Below are positions 44,876 through 54,082 of a stretch of DNA of 64,000 bases, piece by piece. Position 1 is the stretch's first letter. Each line of letters opens with the position of its first letter. A model generated the notes under the pieces. It was not told where the DNA came from and did not search any database. It saw nothing but the letters and a program-made list of their open reading frames with translations. Position numbers and translations under genes: made by a program. The stretch covers positions 32,001 to 96,000 of the IMG/VR virus record IMGVR_UViG_3300007513_000013. One strand, 5' to 3'. The stretch is from a virus.

Positions 44876-45967
44876 ATGAATGAAAACGAAAATGAGAACG
44901 AAGGTGGTTGGGACTTACCAGAAGCTCCCCCAGATGATTTTGATTTTGATTTTGTAGAAGCCTATGATGATGAGCCTTCTGTAGGTGAAAAAATGCTAGC
45001 TGAAAATACAGCACCTAGCGCAATTAATTGTGCTTTTGTTGGTATTGGCGGTGGCGGTGGTAAAATAGCCAAAGCCTTTTTGGACTTAGGTTTTAATAAG
45101 ACATTCCTTGTTAACACTACTGAAAAAGATCAGCCAATTGGACTAGAACCAGAAAATTTTCTTTTATTGCCTGGTGCAGATGGTGTTGGAAAAGATGTTA
45201 AGCTTGGAAAACAAATACTGCAAGATAACAGCGCTATGGTAGAAGATGCCCTCAGAACCAGATTCGGCAAAGTAGATTGGATTTTTGTTTGTGCTGGTGC
45301 TGGTGGAGGCACTGGAAGTGCTAGTTACATTTTACACAAAGCAATGACTCGATATTTATCTTCTATAGAAGCTTCAGGAAAGGTGGTTTATATAGCTAGC
45401 AAACCAACCGCGCAAGAGTTGTTAAATCCTACAATTAAATCTAATTGCGCAATGTTCTTGAAAGATATCAGCAAGCACACTCATATTATTATTGACAATG
45501 AAAAGCAATTGCAATTGCTGAGAGGTAAGGTGGGCATGTTGAATATGTATCCAGCGGCTAATAAGAACTTTGCAAAACTATTGGCACAGGTTCTTAAACT
45601 AGCTCATGAGCCTTCACCAATTCAAGTTTTTGATTCTAAAGATCTAGAAAGATGTTTACAAACAAACGGCCGTATACTTTTAGGAAGTACTGTTGTAAGA
45701 GATCCTTCCAAAACAGATTTAGGGGCAACTGTATTTCAGGGCTGTTTAAAATCTTCCCCGTGTCCTCCACCAGCTAGCAAATCTAAGACTGGTGCACTAT
45801 TGTTGGTAACCACTCCAGAAATGGCAGATGATCCTTCTATAAGTAATCGATTAGAGGCAGCCTTTTCATATGTTGGTGGTCGTTCTGAGACATTATTTTC
45901 TGGTGTTTATGTGAGAGAAAGACTACCAGGATTAATTGCCTTAACTTTATTGGGCGGAATGAGTTAA
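44876..45967 (+). CDS. FtsZ/tubulin-family GTPase
   Basis: VGIGGGGGKI, GADGVGKD, GAGGGTGS signature, IIDN. Confidence 0.88.
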   Translation: MNENENENEGGWDLPEAPPDDFDFDFVEAYDDEPSVGEKMLAENTAPSAINCAFVGIGGGGGKIAKAFLDLGFNKTFLVNTTEKDQPIGLEPENFLLLPGADGVGKDVKLGKQILQDNSAMVEDALRTRFGKVDWIFVCAGAGGGTGSASYILHKAMTRYLSSIEASGKVVYIASKPTAQELLNPTIKSNCAMFLKDISKHTHIIIDNEKQLQLLRGKVGMLNMYPAANKNFAKLLAQVLKLAHEPSPIQVFDSKDLERCLQTNGRILLGSTVVRDPSKTDLGATVFQGCLKSSPCPPPASKSKTGALLLVTTPEMADDPSISNRLEAAFSYVGGRSETLFSGVYVRERLPGLIALTLLGGMS

Positions 45968-46011
45968 AAAATAGTTTAATTTCGTTTACAATATGGCTAG
46001 AGGTGGTAATA

Positions 46012-46248
46012 ATGGAAGAACAACAAACCAAAACATGGAAAACAGTTGGCACATATACTGATTATAATGATGCAGCTGTTAAGAAGAACGAGTTGTGTGA
46101 ATCTTATCAAGAGGTTAAAATAAAGCGCGGCGGAAAAGGTGGTTCTATATTTCGGGTCAAAGCCTGGAATCCCCCTCAAAAAGAAAACAAAAAGAAAGGT
46201 AAGAAAAATGTCAACAAGAAGGTTCGCAGTCGATCAGAAGGGCAATAA
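46012..46248 (+). CDS. Small basic hypothetical protein
   Basis: GAGGTGG SD then ATG 46012. Confidence 0.7.
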   Translation: MEEQQTKTWKTVGTYTDYNDAAVKKNELCESYQEVKIKRGGKGGSIFRVKAWNPPQKENKKKGKKNVNKKVRSRSEGQ

Positions 46249-46426
46249 AGTTTATGTTGGAAGTACTGTAAGATATAAGGATGACACGCTTTTAATCGAA
46301 AATATTCAAGATCTTTCTTGGAATAAAATTCAATATCTTACACTTTCAGACCGTAAAAATAAAAATAAAAAAATCGATTTTGTTCCCTCATCAGAAGTGA
46401 CTGCCAGTTATAATTCTAGAAACTAA
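46208..46426 (+). CDS. Small KOW-like protein
   Basis: DQKGNKVYVGSTVRYK. Confidence 0.65.
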   Translation: MSTRRFAVDQKGNKVYVGSTVRYKDDTLLIENIQDLSWNKIQYLTLSDRKNKNKKIDFVPSSEVTASYNSRN

Positions 46427-46434
46427 TTAGCTTT

Positions 46435-46863
46435 ATGAAAAGTATTGTAAAAGATGTTTTATATTTGCAGCAAGCATGCGAGAAAATTGATTCAGAAAAA
46501 GAGGCTAAAGAAATCGCAGATGAGCTGTTTGAAATATTAAATAAAAATAAAAATGGTGTTGGTCTCGCAGCAAACCAAATTGGAATAAACAAAGCTGTTT
46601 GTGTTGTAAATGTCTGGCGCCCTCTTTGGTTTATGAATCCTAGTTTTATATCTGCCGGTAGTGAAAAAGTCCATTTTAATGAAGGGTGTTTGTCATTTCC
46701 GGACTCTATTATAACTACAGAGAGGTACAGGCACATTTCCGTAACGGCCGATAATCACGAAAAACAACTTTATTTTGGACCATGGAATATGTTAGAATGT
46801 GTATGTGTTCAACATGAAATATGCCACTTAAATGGTGAAACAATGTTTGATTATAAAATATGA
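46435..46863 (+). CDS. def: Peptide deformylase
   Basis: GVGLAANQIG, EGCLS, QHEICHLNG. Confidence 0.95.
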   Translation: MKSIVKDVLYLQQACEKIDSEKEAKEIADELFEILNKNKNGVGLAANQIGINKAVCVVNVWRPLWFMNPSFISAGSEKVHFNEGCLSFPDSIITTERYRHISVTADNHEKQLYFGPWNMLECVCVQHEICHLNGETMFDYKI

Positions 46864-46870
46864 GGCATAA

Positions 46871-47932
46871 ATGAAAAATGTATTGATTATTGGTACCGGT
46901 ACTATTGGCGAACCTCTGATAGGCTTGTTTGCTGATTTTAAAAAGAAATTAGGTGTAAATGTGTTTTTTCACAAACGTACACCCTTGGTAGATGAAATTG
47001 CAAAAGTTAATAGCTTGATTGCTCGCGGCGCAAATTTAGTTGTTGATCCAAAAAGAGTAGAGGAGTTTCAAGCTTTAGGGCATGAACCGGTTTTAAACTA
47101 TGAGGCTGCATTAAAACTATGTGATATTATTATTGATTGTACTCCCGCGGGAAATGCAGCCAAAAAAGAACACTATTTACCCCTTTCAGAAAAATACAAA
47201 AGTAAATGTTTTATAGCTCAAGGAAGTGAGAAAGGTTTCGGCATGCCCTACGCATATGGAATTAATGATGATGCACTTCTTAGGGAAAAGCCACAATTTG
47301 TGCAGGTAGTTAGTTGCAACACTCATAATATTGCCTCTTTGATTAAAACAATATGCCCTACCATAAGAGATCTTCATTGCGGCGATTTTACATGTATTCG
47401 TAGAGCAAATGATATAAGCCAAGAAGGAGGCTTTATAGCCTCTCCAGTCGTCGGGAATCACAGTAAGAGGTCTTTTGGCACTCATCATGCAAAAGATGCC
47501 TATGATTTGTTTGCAACGATGTATGAGCATCCAAATCTTTTCTCCAGCGCGCTCAAAACGAACACTCAATATATGCACACCATTCGTTTCAACATACAAA
47601 TCAGAAAGTATGCTACAGAAAGAGATATATTTGATAAATTTAAAAGCAATAAGTTTATTGCACTCACACACAAAACTTTAGCTAATAGAGTTTTTTCCTT
47701 TGGGAGGGATCATGGATATTATGGAAGAATTTTTAATCAAACTGTTGTCGTGGAACCGACCATTTCTGTTTCTCGCACTAATGGCACTACACAGATTGCA
47801 GGATTTTGTTTTACACCTCAAGATGGAAATTCTTTATTAAGCAGCGTGGCAGCTGCCATGTATAAGATTCACGGAGACAAATATAAAGAATATATGAATT
47901 TATTTGACGACTATTTATTCAAGAGGATATAA
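46871..47932 (+). CDS. Type II (archaeal-like) glyceraldehyde-3-phosphate dehydrogenase homologue
   Basis: Rossmann GTGTIG, DCTP, QGSEK, catalytic VVSCNTH, IRRAND, HHAKD. Confidence 0.8.
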   Translation: MKNVLIIGTGTIGEPLIGLFADFKKKLGVNVFFHKRTPLVDEIAKVNSLIARGANLVVDPKRVEEFQALGHEPVLNYEAALKLCDIIIDCTPAGNAAKKEHYLPLSEKYKSKCFIAQGSEKGFGMPYAYGINDDALLREKPQFVQVVSCNTHNIASLIKTICPTIRDLHCGDFTCIRRANDISQEGGFIASPVVGNHSKRSFGTHHAKDAYDLFATMYEHPNLFSSALKTNTQYMHTIRFNIQIRKYATERDIFDKFKSNKFIALTHKTLANRVFSFGRDHGYYGRIFNQTVVVEPTISVSRTNGTTQIAGFCFTPQDGNSLLSSVAAAMYKIHGDKYKEYMNLFDDYLFKRI

Positions 47933-47934
47933 GT

Positions 47935-48264
47935 GTGGTCAATGTTATTAGATATTTAGATTATGCATGCACACCAAACAATATTACAATAGAAGCCAGA
48001 TATCCGGCCACATCTCGATATTTAGAAGTTGAGCTAAAAGTTGATGGAAAAATTGCTTTACATGGTCAATATACAATATCGCTTCCAACCAAAAGAGACA
48101 TTATTGATGAACGCATAAAAACTTTTTGCGGTGGAATAGGAATGTTTACAGAGGATGAGATTCAAGATTATGTAATGGCGGATAGAATAATGGCAGCTTT
48201 GTATACCAAAAGGCACTTAAAAGAGGTGCGCACAAAAAGCGGCACGTTAATTTGGCGATTTTGA
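47935..48264 (+). CDS. Hypothetical protein
   Basis: 109 aa ORF in operon position. Confidence 0.6.
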   Translation: MVNVIRYLDYACTPNNITIEARYPATSRYLEVELKVDGKIALHGQYTISLPTKRDIIDERIKTFCGGIGMFTEDEIQDYVMADRIMAALYTKRHLKEVRTKSGTLIWRF

Positions 48265-49095
48265 TTTCTTTTTCTTGTTCTTGTTAACGAAGATGTTTTC
48301 CAAATCTAATGAGGACATGTGCTTTTTGTAAAGTTCGTATTTTTCTATATTGTATTTAATAAAGTGCTTTGTATGTTTATATGGAACACCTAGAGAGAGA
48401 TGGTGAAAACGCACAAAAACACTATGTACAACTCCTATCAAGTCTCCTCTATAATTAAGAATCATAGAACCAGAACTACCTGGGGCTACCGGCAAAGAAA
48501 ATAACGCAACTTTTCCTCCTGGTGCTAATCCACTATATCTGCCCTCTAAAATTGGTATCATGTTTTTTGCAAATATCCCCATGGGCGCCGCAACGTTATA
48601 TACTTTATCTCCAACTTCTGGTGCCTTTGATGCAACATCTACCGGCTCAATATCGCTCATATCATATACAAACAACAAGCAGATGTCCGTTTCTTCGTCA
48701 TAAGTCAATGATCTGGCGTAATAAATATTACCAGAAACGTCTGTCATCTTATATTCAACAGATATCTTAATTGCGGCTTGATTTAACTTCATCATCATTC
48801 TTAAGAAAGGCGGGATACTATCAGCGCAGACATGTGCAGCACTAACTGCATATGAACCATATTCATTTTTTCCAACTACAAAAGCACTGGCAGTGCTTCT
48901 GTTCGTTGGCATTTTTTGTGAATTACAAACTCCTTTCTCTTCGTCGCAAGAGTTAACTCTTATTTCTAGAGACTTTTCAACATGTATAAAACTCTCTATT
49001 GGAAGGAAATTTGAAGATTTGTTTTGGTTGCCATGGGCGCATGATTGCAAGAGAAAAATAGATAGAAATAAAAATAATACTTTTTTTAAAAACAT
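48247..49095 (-). CDS. Trypsin-like serine protease, putative lipoprotein
   Basis: LLQSC lipobox; SAAHVC, TDICLL, PGSSGS catalytic triad motifs. Confidence 0.9.
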   Translation of the reverse strand: MFLKKVLFLFLSIFLLQSCAHGNQNKSSNFLPIESFIHVEKSLEIRVNSCDEEKGVCNSQKMPTNRSTASAFVVGKNEYGSYAVSAAHVCADSIPPFLRMMMKLNQAAIKISVEYKMTDVSGNIYYARSLTYDEETDICLLFVYDMSDIEPVDVASKAPEVGDKVYNVAAPMGIFAKNMIPILEGRYSGLAPGGKVALFSLPVAPGSSGSMILNYRGDLIGVVHSVFVRFHHLSLGVPYKHTKHFIKYNIEKYELYKKHMSSLDLENIFVNKNKKKKSKSPN

Positions 49096-49190
49096 ATATG
49101 GTGCCCTCAACAATAACTAGATAAAACTAATTTAAAAACGTGTGTTCTTTTTATTTTTATGTTTTCACTGCCTATTTACAATAAGGTATA

Positions 49191-50513
49191 ATGGCTAAAA
49201 AAACTTATATTTTAGATACTAGTGTTTATTTGACAGATCACAATTCTATATTTTCATATGGCATTAATGATATCGTGATTCCTTTTAAGGTGTTAGAAGA
49301 GGTAGATAAGCACAAGAAAAGACAAGACACTGTTGGTTCAAATGCACGACAGATTATCCGTGCACTGGACTCTTTTCGTGAAAAAGGTAGCCTCTATAAA
49401 GGTGTGCGAATTGGCAAGGGAAAAGGACTGATATCTGTTAAAAAAAGCAAATCAGAAACTCTACCAGAAGATCTAGAACCTCATATCGCAGATAATGAAA
49501 TAATTGCAGTTGCACTAAACGAAAATAAAAAAAATTTAAAACGAAAGACGATCCTAGTTTCAAGGGATGTTAACATGAGGGTAAAGTGTGATGCTTTAGG
49601 TCTTTTAACAGAAGATTATGTGGTAAATCAAGTTGTCAAAGATAGCGATCACTTGTATATGGGGTTTAAAAGCCATTTAGTGGATGAAGAAATAATTGAT
49701 CAATTTTACTCTGGAGAAGAAATCTATCTAGACAAGGAAGATATTAAATTACAACCAAACCAGTATCTGATGCTTATTTCAAGCTCAAACCAAAAGAAAA
49801 CGGCGTTAGCTAGATTTTATAGTTATTCTAAACCATTAAAGAGAATCAATGGGGAACATAAAAAAGGAATTTGGGGCGTAAAGCCAAGAAATAAAGAACA
49901 AAGTTTTGCTTTGGACCTGTTGATGGATCCTTCTGTACCAATTGTTACTTTAATCGGAAAAGCTGGTAGTGGTAAAACTTTGTTGGCGATAGCAGCCGGT
50001 TTAGCGCAAGTTATGGAAGACAAAAAAGAATCTAACTATAGAAGATTGGTAATCTCTAGACCAATACAGCCCATGGGAAAAGACATTGGTTATCTTCCCG
50101 GCTCAATGGAAGAAAAAATGGCACCATGGTTGGCTCCCATACAAGATAATTTACAAAATTTAATGGGCAACGATAAAGAGACATTAAAAATGTATACCGA
50201 TAACGGCACTATAGAAATCGAAGCTCTAACTTATATAAGAGGTCGTTCCATTTCAAATGCATATATTATTATAGACGAAGCACAAAATTTAACAGCACAT
50301 GAATTAAAAACAATTATTACGAGAGTTGGCGAAAACACAAAAGTTATCTTTACAGGAGATGTAGAGCAAATCGACAATGCTTATGTTGATGAGACATCGA
50401 ACGGTTTGGCATATGCGATAGAGAAGTTTAAAGGCTATGATTTATCAGGCCACATTACCTTAGTAAGAGGTGAGCGTTCAAAAGTTGCAACACTTGCAGC
50501 AAAAATTCTTTAA
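49191..50513 (+). CDS. phoH: PhoH-family protein (PIN + ATPase, PhoH2/YlaK type)
   Basis: LDTSV PIN motif, GKAGSGKT, IRGRSI, IIDEAQN, GDVEQID. Confidence 0.95.
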   Translation: MAKKTYILDTSVYLTDHNSIFSYGINDIVIPFKVLEEVDKHKKRQDTVGSNARQIIRALDSFREKGSLYKGVRIGKGKGLISVKKSKSETLPEDLEPHIADNEIIAVALNENKKNLKRKTILVSRDVNMRVKCDALGLLTEDYVVNQVVKDSDHLYMGFKSHLVDEEIIDQFYSGEEIYLDKEDIKLQPNQYLMLISSSNQKKTALARFYSYSKPLKRINGEHKKGIWGVKPRNKEQSFALDLLMDPSVPIVTLIGKAGSGKTLLAIAAGLAQVMEDKKESNYRRLVISRPIQPMGKDIGYLPGSMEEKMAPWLAPIQDNLQNLMGNDKETLKMYTDNGTIEIEALTYIRGRSISNAYIIIDEAQNLTAHELKTIITRVGENTKVIFTGDVEQIDNAYVDETSNGLAYAIEKFKGYDLSGHITLVRGERSKVATLAAKIL

Positions 50514-50568
50514 AAGTGGTGAATTATGTGTTAATATTTAGCATACTAACCTAAAGGAAGGGTAAAAT

Positions 50569-50892
50569 ATGAGTAGAAATGATGTATCAATTGGAGATAA
50601 TGTATTGGACGGAGAAGATGTGCTGATTGAAAGATCGGAACTTCAAAAGCCGGTTGAACCGGATACAGATATGAAAAACTGGATTGTTGAATACGTTGGA
50701 GAAACGCTACAACCAGAAAATAGCGAAGTTACATTGGAAATGGTCATTGAAGTTATGGCAAAAGAATTCCCAGAGTTTCTTCTTCCGATAGCAGAAGAAA
50801 ACTTTATCCGCGGCTATCAACAGGCATTGCTCGATGTAGACGAAGGAAAGAAATTATACGAAGAGCAATTAAAAAAAGCAAATAATGAATGA
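50569..50892 (+). CDS. Acidic hypothetical protein
   Basis: EFPEFLLPIAEENFIRGYQQAL. Confidence 0.75.
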   Translation: MSRNDVSIGDNVLDGEDVLIERSELQKPVEPDTDMKNWIVEYVGETLQPENSEVTLEMVIEVMAKEFPEFLLPIAEENFIRGYQQALLDVDEGKKLYEEQLKKANNE

Positions 50893-51562
50893 GTATGTGA
50901 AAAATTCTGCTACAACGGCCGCTGCCTTACAAAGAGAAAAGTTGCTGCACAACAGGGTTGTGATCTATATCAAAGATCCCCTCCCAGACAATGTTGATGT
51001 GGATTATGTAATTTCTTTTCTGGAGAAAAACGTACCATCTCAAATGTTTTATTTCATAGATTCGATTTTTATAGGCCAGTTTAAACAGCTGAAAAAAAAT
51101 GATATCAACGCTTCGTATGAAGATGGCGCAATTTACGCAACAAACGAACAGTCTGATGCAGATGATATGATTGATGACATTGTACACGAATTGGCTCATT
51201 CTTTGGAAAAATCACTAGGCGATGTGATTTATGCTGACAATTTAATTGAGAATGAGCTTTTGGGAAAACGCAAAAGACTATATCAGATATTAAACGCAGA
51301 GGGTTATGAAGCTAGTTTAAAAAGTTTTTTAAATATAGAATATGATAAAAACTTCGATAAATACTTGTATAAAGTTGTTGGATATGATAAACTAACTATG
51401 TTGACTATGGGGTTGTTTATTTCTCCGTATGGAGCGACTTCAATAAGGGAGTATTTTGCAAACGGCTTTGAACATTATTTTTTAGAAAGCAAAGAATATG
51501 TACAAAAAATTAGCCCTTCGCTTTTTAGTAAAATAGAGGAAATAATTGACTATGTTCAATAA
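50885..51562 (+). CDS. Zincin-like metallopeptidase-fold protein
   Basis: IVHELAH...SIREYFANGF. Confidence 0.75.
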   Translation: MNEYVKNSATTAAALQREKLLHNRVVIYIKDPLPDNVDVDYVISFLEKNVPSQMFYFIDSIFIGQFKQLKKNDINASYEDGAIYATNEQSDADDMIDDIVHELAHSLEKSLGDVIYADNLIENELLGKRKRLYQILNAEGYEASLKSFLNIEYDKNFDKYLYKVVGYDKLTMLTMGLFISPYGATSIREYFANGFEHYFLESKEYVQKISPSLFSKIEEIIDYVQ

Positions 51563-51575
51563 AGGAAAAAAATAA

Positions 51576-51995
51576 ATGGAATTAGTGTTAAAATATAATA
51601 AAGATAAAACAGAACTTAAGGTTAATGTTAGTGTGCCTGCGGCCAAATGGGCTGCAGAGGAAAGAGTGTATACAACAGATGATGTTGTTGAGGCTCTGGC
51701 CAATTTAGATGTTGCAGTGACAAGAGAACGGTGTACACGGCAGGGCGGAAGGTTATATAACTGGACCGGTCAAACTAGTGGAACATGGCACTTTGAACTT
51801 GATGGCGCCTCTAAATCAGAGACGAAGCCTGCAAAAAAGACAGTTCCAAAAACTGCAGCGCCCAAAAAGAAAGTAGAGGCCCCCAAGCCAGCGCCCAAAA
51901 AGAAAGTAGACGCACCGGAGAAAACTGCAGCGCCCAAAAAGACCGCCAAAACATCCAGCACTAAAGACGTACTTAGTCGACTAAAGAAGTCCTAA
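51576..51995 (+). CDS. Protein with a histone H1-like K/A/P-rich tail
   Basis: APKK repeated three times (DNA repeat GCGCCCAAAAAG) in the C-terminal tail. Confidence 0.7.
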   Translation: MELVLKYNKDKTELKVNVSVPAAKWAAEERVYTTDDVVEALANLDVAVTRERCTRQGGRLYNWTGQTSGTWHFELDGASKSETKPAKKTVPKTAAPKKKVEAPKPAPKKKVDAPEKTAAPKKTAKTSSTKDVLSRLKKS

Positions 51996-52012
51996 GTAAG
52001 AATCGAGGAATT

Positions 52013-52804
52013 ATGTCTCATATATCTTTTTCAGAATTAAAACTGTGGAGCGAGTGCCCTTTTAAGCATAAATTGGTTTATATTGATAAATTAAAAGGAT
52101 TTGAAGGGAATATTTATACCGCTTTTGGTACTGCAATTCACGCATCTAGTGAACAAAAGGTCTTAAATGAAGGTTTAAACGAAAAGGAGATTTTCGAAAA
52201 GAACTTTCTAGAAGAACTACAAAAGTTGCCGGAAGCTGTTAGAAAAGATCTGGATAGAAAACAAGTTGAACAGTTTCGAAATCAAGGTAAATATTTATCA
52301 TCGCTGGTAATTCCAGCATTAAAAGATTACTTTGAAAATATCGAAGAAATAGTTTCTGTGGAAGAAAAACTATATGAGCCTATAAAAGACTTTACAACAG
52401 AAGAGCACGACTTCAAGGGATATATTGATCTGGTTGTTAAAACTTCTGATGGCAAGTATCATATCATTGATTGGAAGACATGTTCTTGGGGTTGGGACAC
52501 TAGAAAGAAGTCGGATAAAATGATCACATATCAGTTGACATTTTATAAATATTATTTTGCACTTAAACACGGCATTGACCCAAAAAATATTGAAACGCAC
52601 TTCGGTTTGATTAAAAGAACCGCAAAACACAATAATGTCGAGCTTTTTAGAGTTACTAGTGGAAAGAAAAAAACAGAGAATGCTCTTAAACTTTTACAAA
52701 AAGCACTCTATAATATAAACAAGAAACATTACTTAAAAAATAAACTTTCCTGTAAGAGCCCTTACGGAATGTGCGAATTTTACAAAACAGAACATTGCAA
52801 ATAA
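52013..52804 (+). CDS. PD-(D/E)XK RecB/Cas4-like nuclease with a probable Fe-S staple
   Basis: CP at the N-terminus, GYIDL...IIDWKT, QLTFY, three C-terminal Cys. Confidence 0.88.
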   Translation: MSHISFSELKLWSECPFKHKLVYIDKLKGFEGNIYTAFGTAIHASSEQKVLNEGLNEKEIFEKNFLEELQKLPEAVRKDLDRKQVEQFRNQGKYLSSLVIPALKDYFENIEEIVSVEEKLYEPIKDFTTEEHDFKGYIDLVVKTSDGKYHIIDWKTCSWGWDTRKKSDKMITYQLTFYKYYFALKHGIDPKNIETHFGLIKRTAKHNNVELFRVTSGKKKTENALKLLQKALYNINKKHYLKNKLSCKSPYGMCEFYKTEHCK

Positions 52805-52813
52805 GAGGTAAAC

Positions 52814-54082
52814 GTGAGCGATAAAAAGATCACCATTTTGACATTGAGCGATCATCCGCTTTCTCCTTCTGGAGTTGGCACTCAAACGAGAAACATGATT
52901 GAGGCAATGCTTGAGACTGGTAAATATAAATTTATAAGCCTAGGCGGGGCGATGAAACACGTCGATTATGAACCTAAAAAGGTAGATCCATGGGGAGAAG
53001 ATTGGGTTATTTTTCCAATCGACGGGTATGGAAATCAAGAAACAATTCGTTCCCTAATCAGAGTTAATAAAATAGATATTCTTTGGTTTATGACAGATCC
53101 CAGATTTTATGGCTGGCTCTGGTTAATTGAAAATGAAATTAGGCCGCTGATTCCAATGGTCTATTATCACGTGTGGGACAATTACCCTTATCCAACTTAC
53201 AATAAACCATTTTATGACTCAAATGACGTTATCGCGACAATATCTAAAGTAACTGACGATATTGTTAAGACTGTATCACCAGATGTTGAATCTGTTTATA
53301 TTCCACACGCAGTGGATGCTAATATTTTTAAAAAACATGATGGTCCCGAAATGGAAAAGTTCAAAACAGAGGTGTTTAAGGACAACTCTCTAGAGGGTAA
53401 ATTTATATTCCTGTACAATGGCCGAAATGCAAGAAGAAAACAGACTGGCTCTATGATCTTTTGGTTTAAAGAGTTTTTAGACAGAGTGGGTCACGACAAA
53501 GCTGTTTTTATTATGCATACAGATGTTAAAGACCCGGTTGGCCAAGATCTGGAATATATCATAAGACACTTAAAATTAACAAATGGAGAAGTTGTATTTT
53601 CAACACAGAAATATCCACCGAATGTTTTAGCTAAAATCTATAATATTGCAGATTGTACTCTTTGTTTGTCTGATGCCGAAGGTTTTGGATTGACCTCTTT
53701 GGAGTCTTTAGCATGCGGAACTCCTGTTATTTCAACGTTGACAGGCGGTTTGCAGGAACAAGTAACAGACGGCAAAGACACTTTTGGAGTGGGAATTGAG
53801 CCTAGTACAAAATCTATTATCGGCTCTCAGGATATTCCATGGATTTATGAGGATAGGGTATCGGAAGAAGATGTTATAAATGCAATGTTAAAGTTGTACA
53901 ATATGTCGCAAGAAGAAAGAGACGAACTTGGGGCAAAAGGTACAGCACATGTATTAAAAAATTACAGCTTTGAAAGGTACGTTGAACAGTGGGATGAATT
54001 ATTCCAGCGCGTTCATAGTGAAATGGGCTCGTGGGAAAATAGAAAAAATTACAAGTCATGGACTTTAAAAGAGGTAGTATGA
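52814..54082 (+). CDS. Glycosyltransferase, GT4 family
   Basis: SGVGTQ, RNARRK, AEGFGLTSLESLACGTPVI. Confidence 0.92.
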   Translation: MSDKKITILTLSDHPLSPSGVGTQTRNMIEAMLETGKYKFISLGGAMKHVDYEPKKVDPWGEDWVIFPIDGYGNQETIRSLIRVNKIDILWFMTDPRFYGWLWLIENEIRPLIPMVYYHVWDNYPYPTYNKPFYDSNDVIATISKVTDDIVKTVSPDVESVYIPHAVDANIFKKHDGPEMEKFKTEVFKDNSLEGKFIFLYNGRNARRKQTGSMIFWFKEFLDRVGHDKAVFIMHTDVKDPVGQDLEYIIRHLKLTNGEVVFSTQKYPPNVLAKIYNIADCTLCLSDAEGFGLTSLESLACGTPVISTLTGGLQEQVTDGKDTFGVGIEPSTKSIIGSQDIPWIYEDRVSEEDVINAMLKLYNMSQEERDELGAKGTAHVLKNYSFERYVEQWDELFQRVHSEMGSWENRKNYKSWTLKEVV

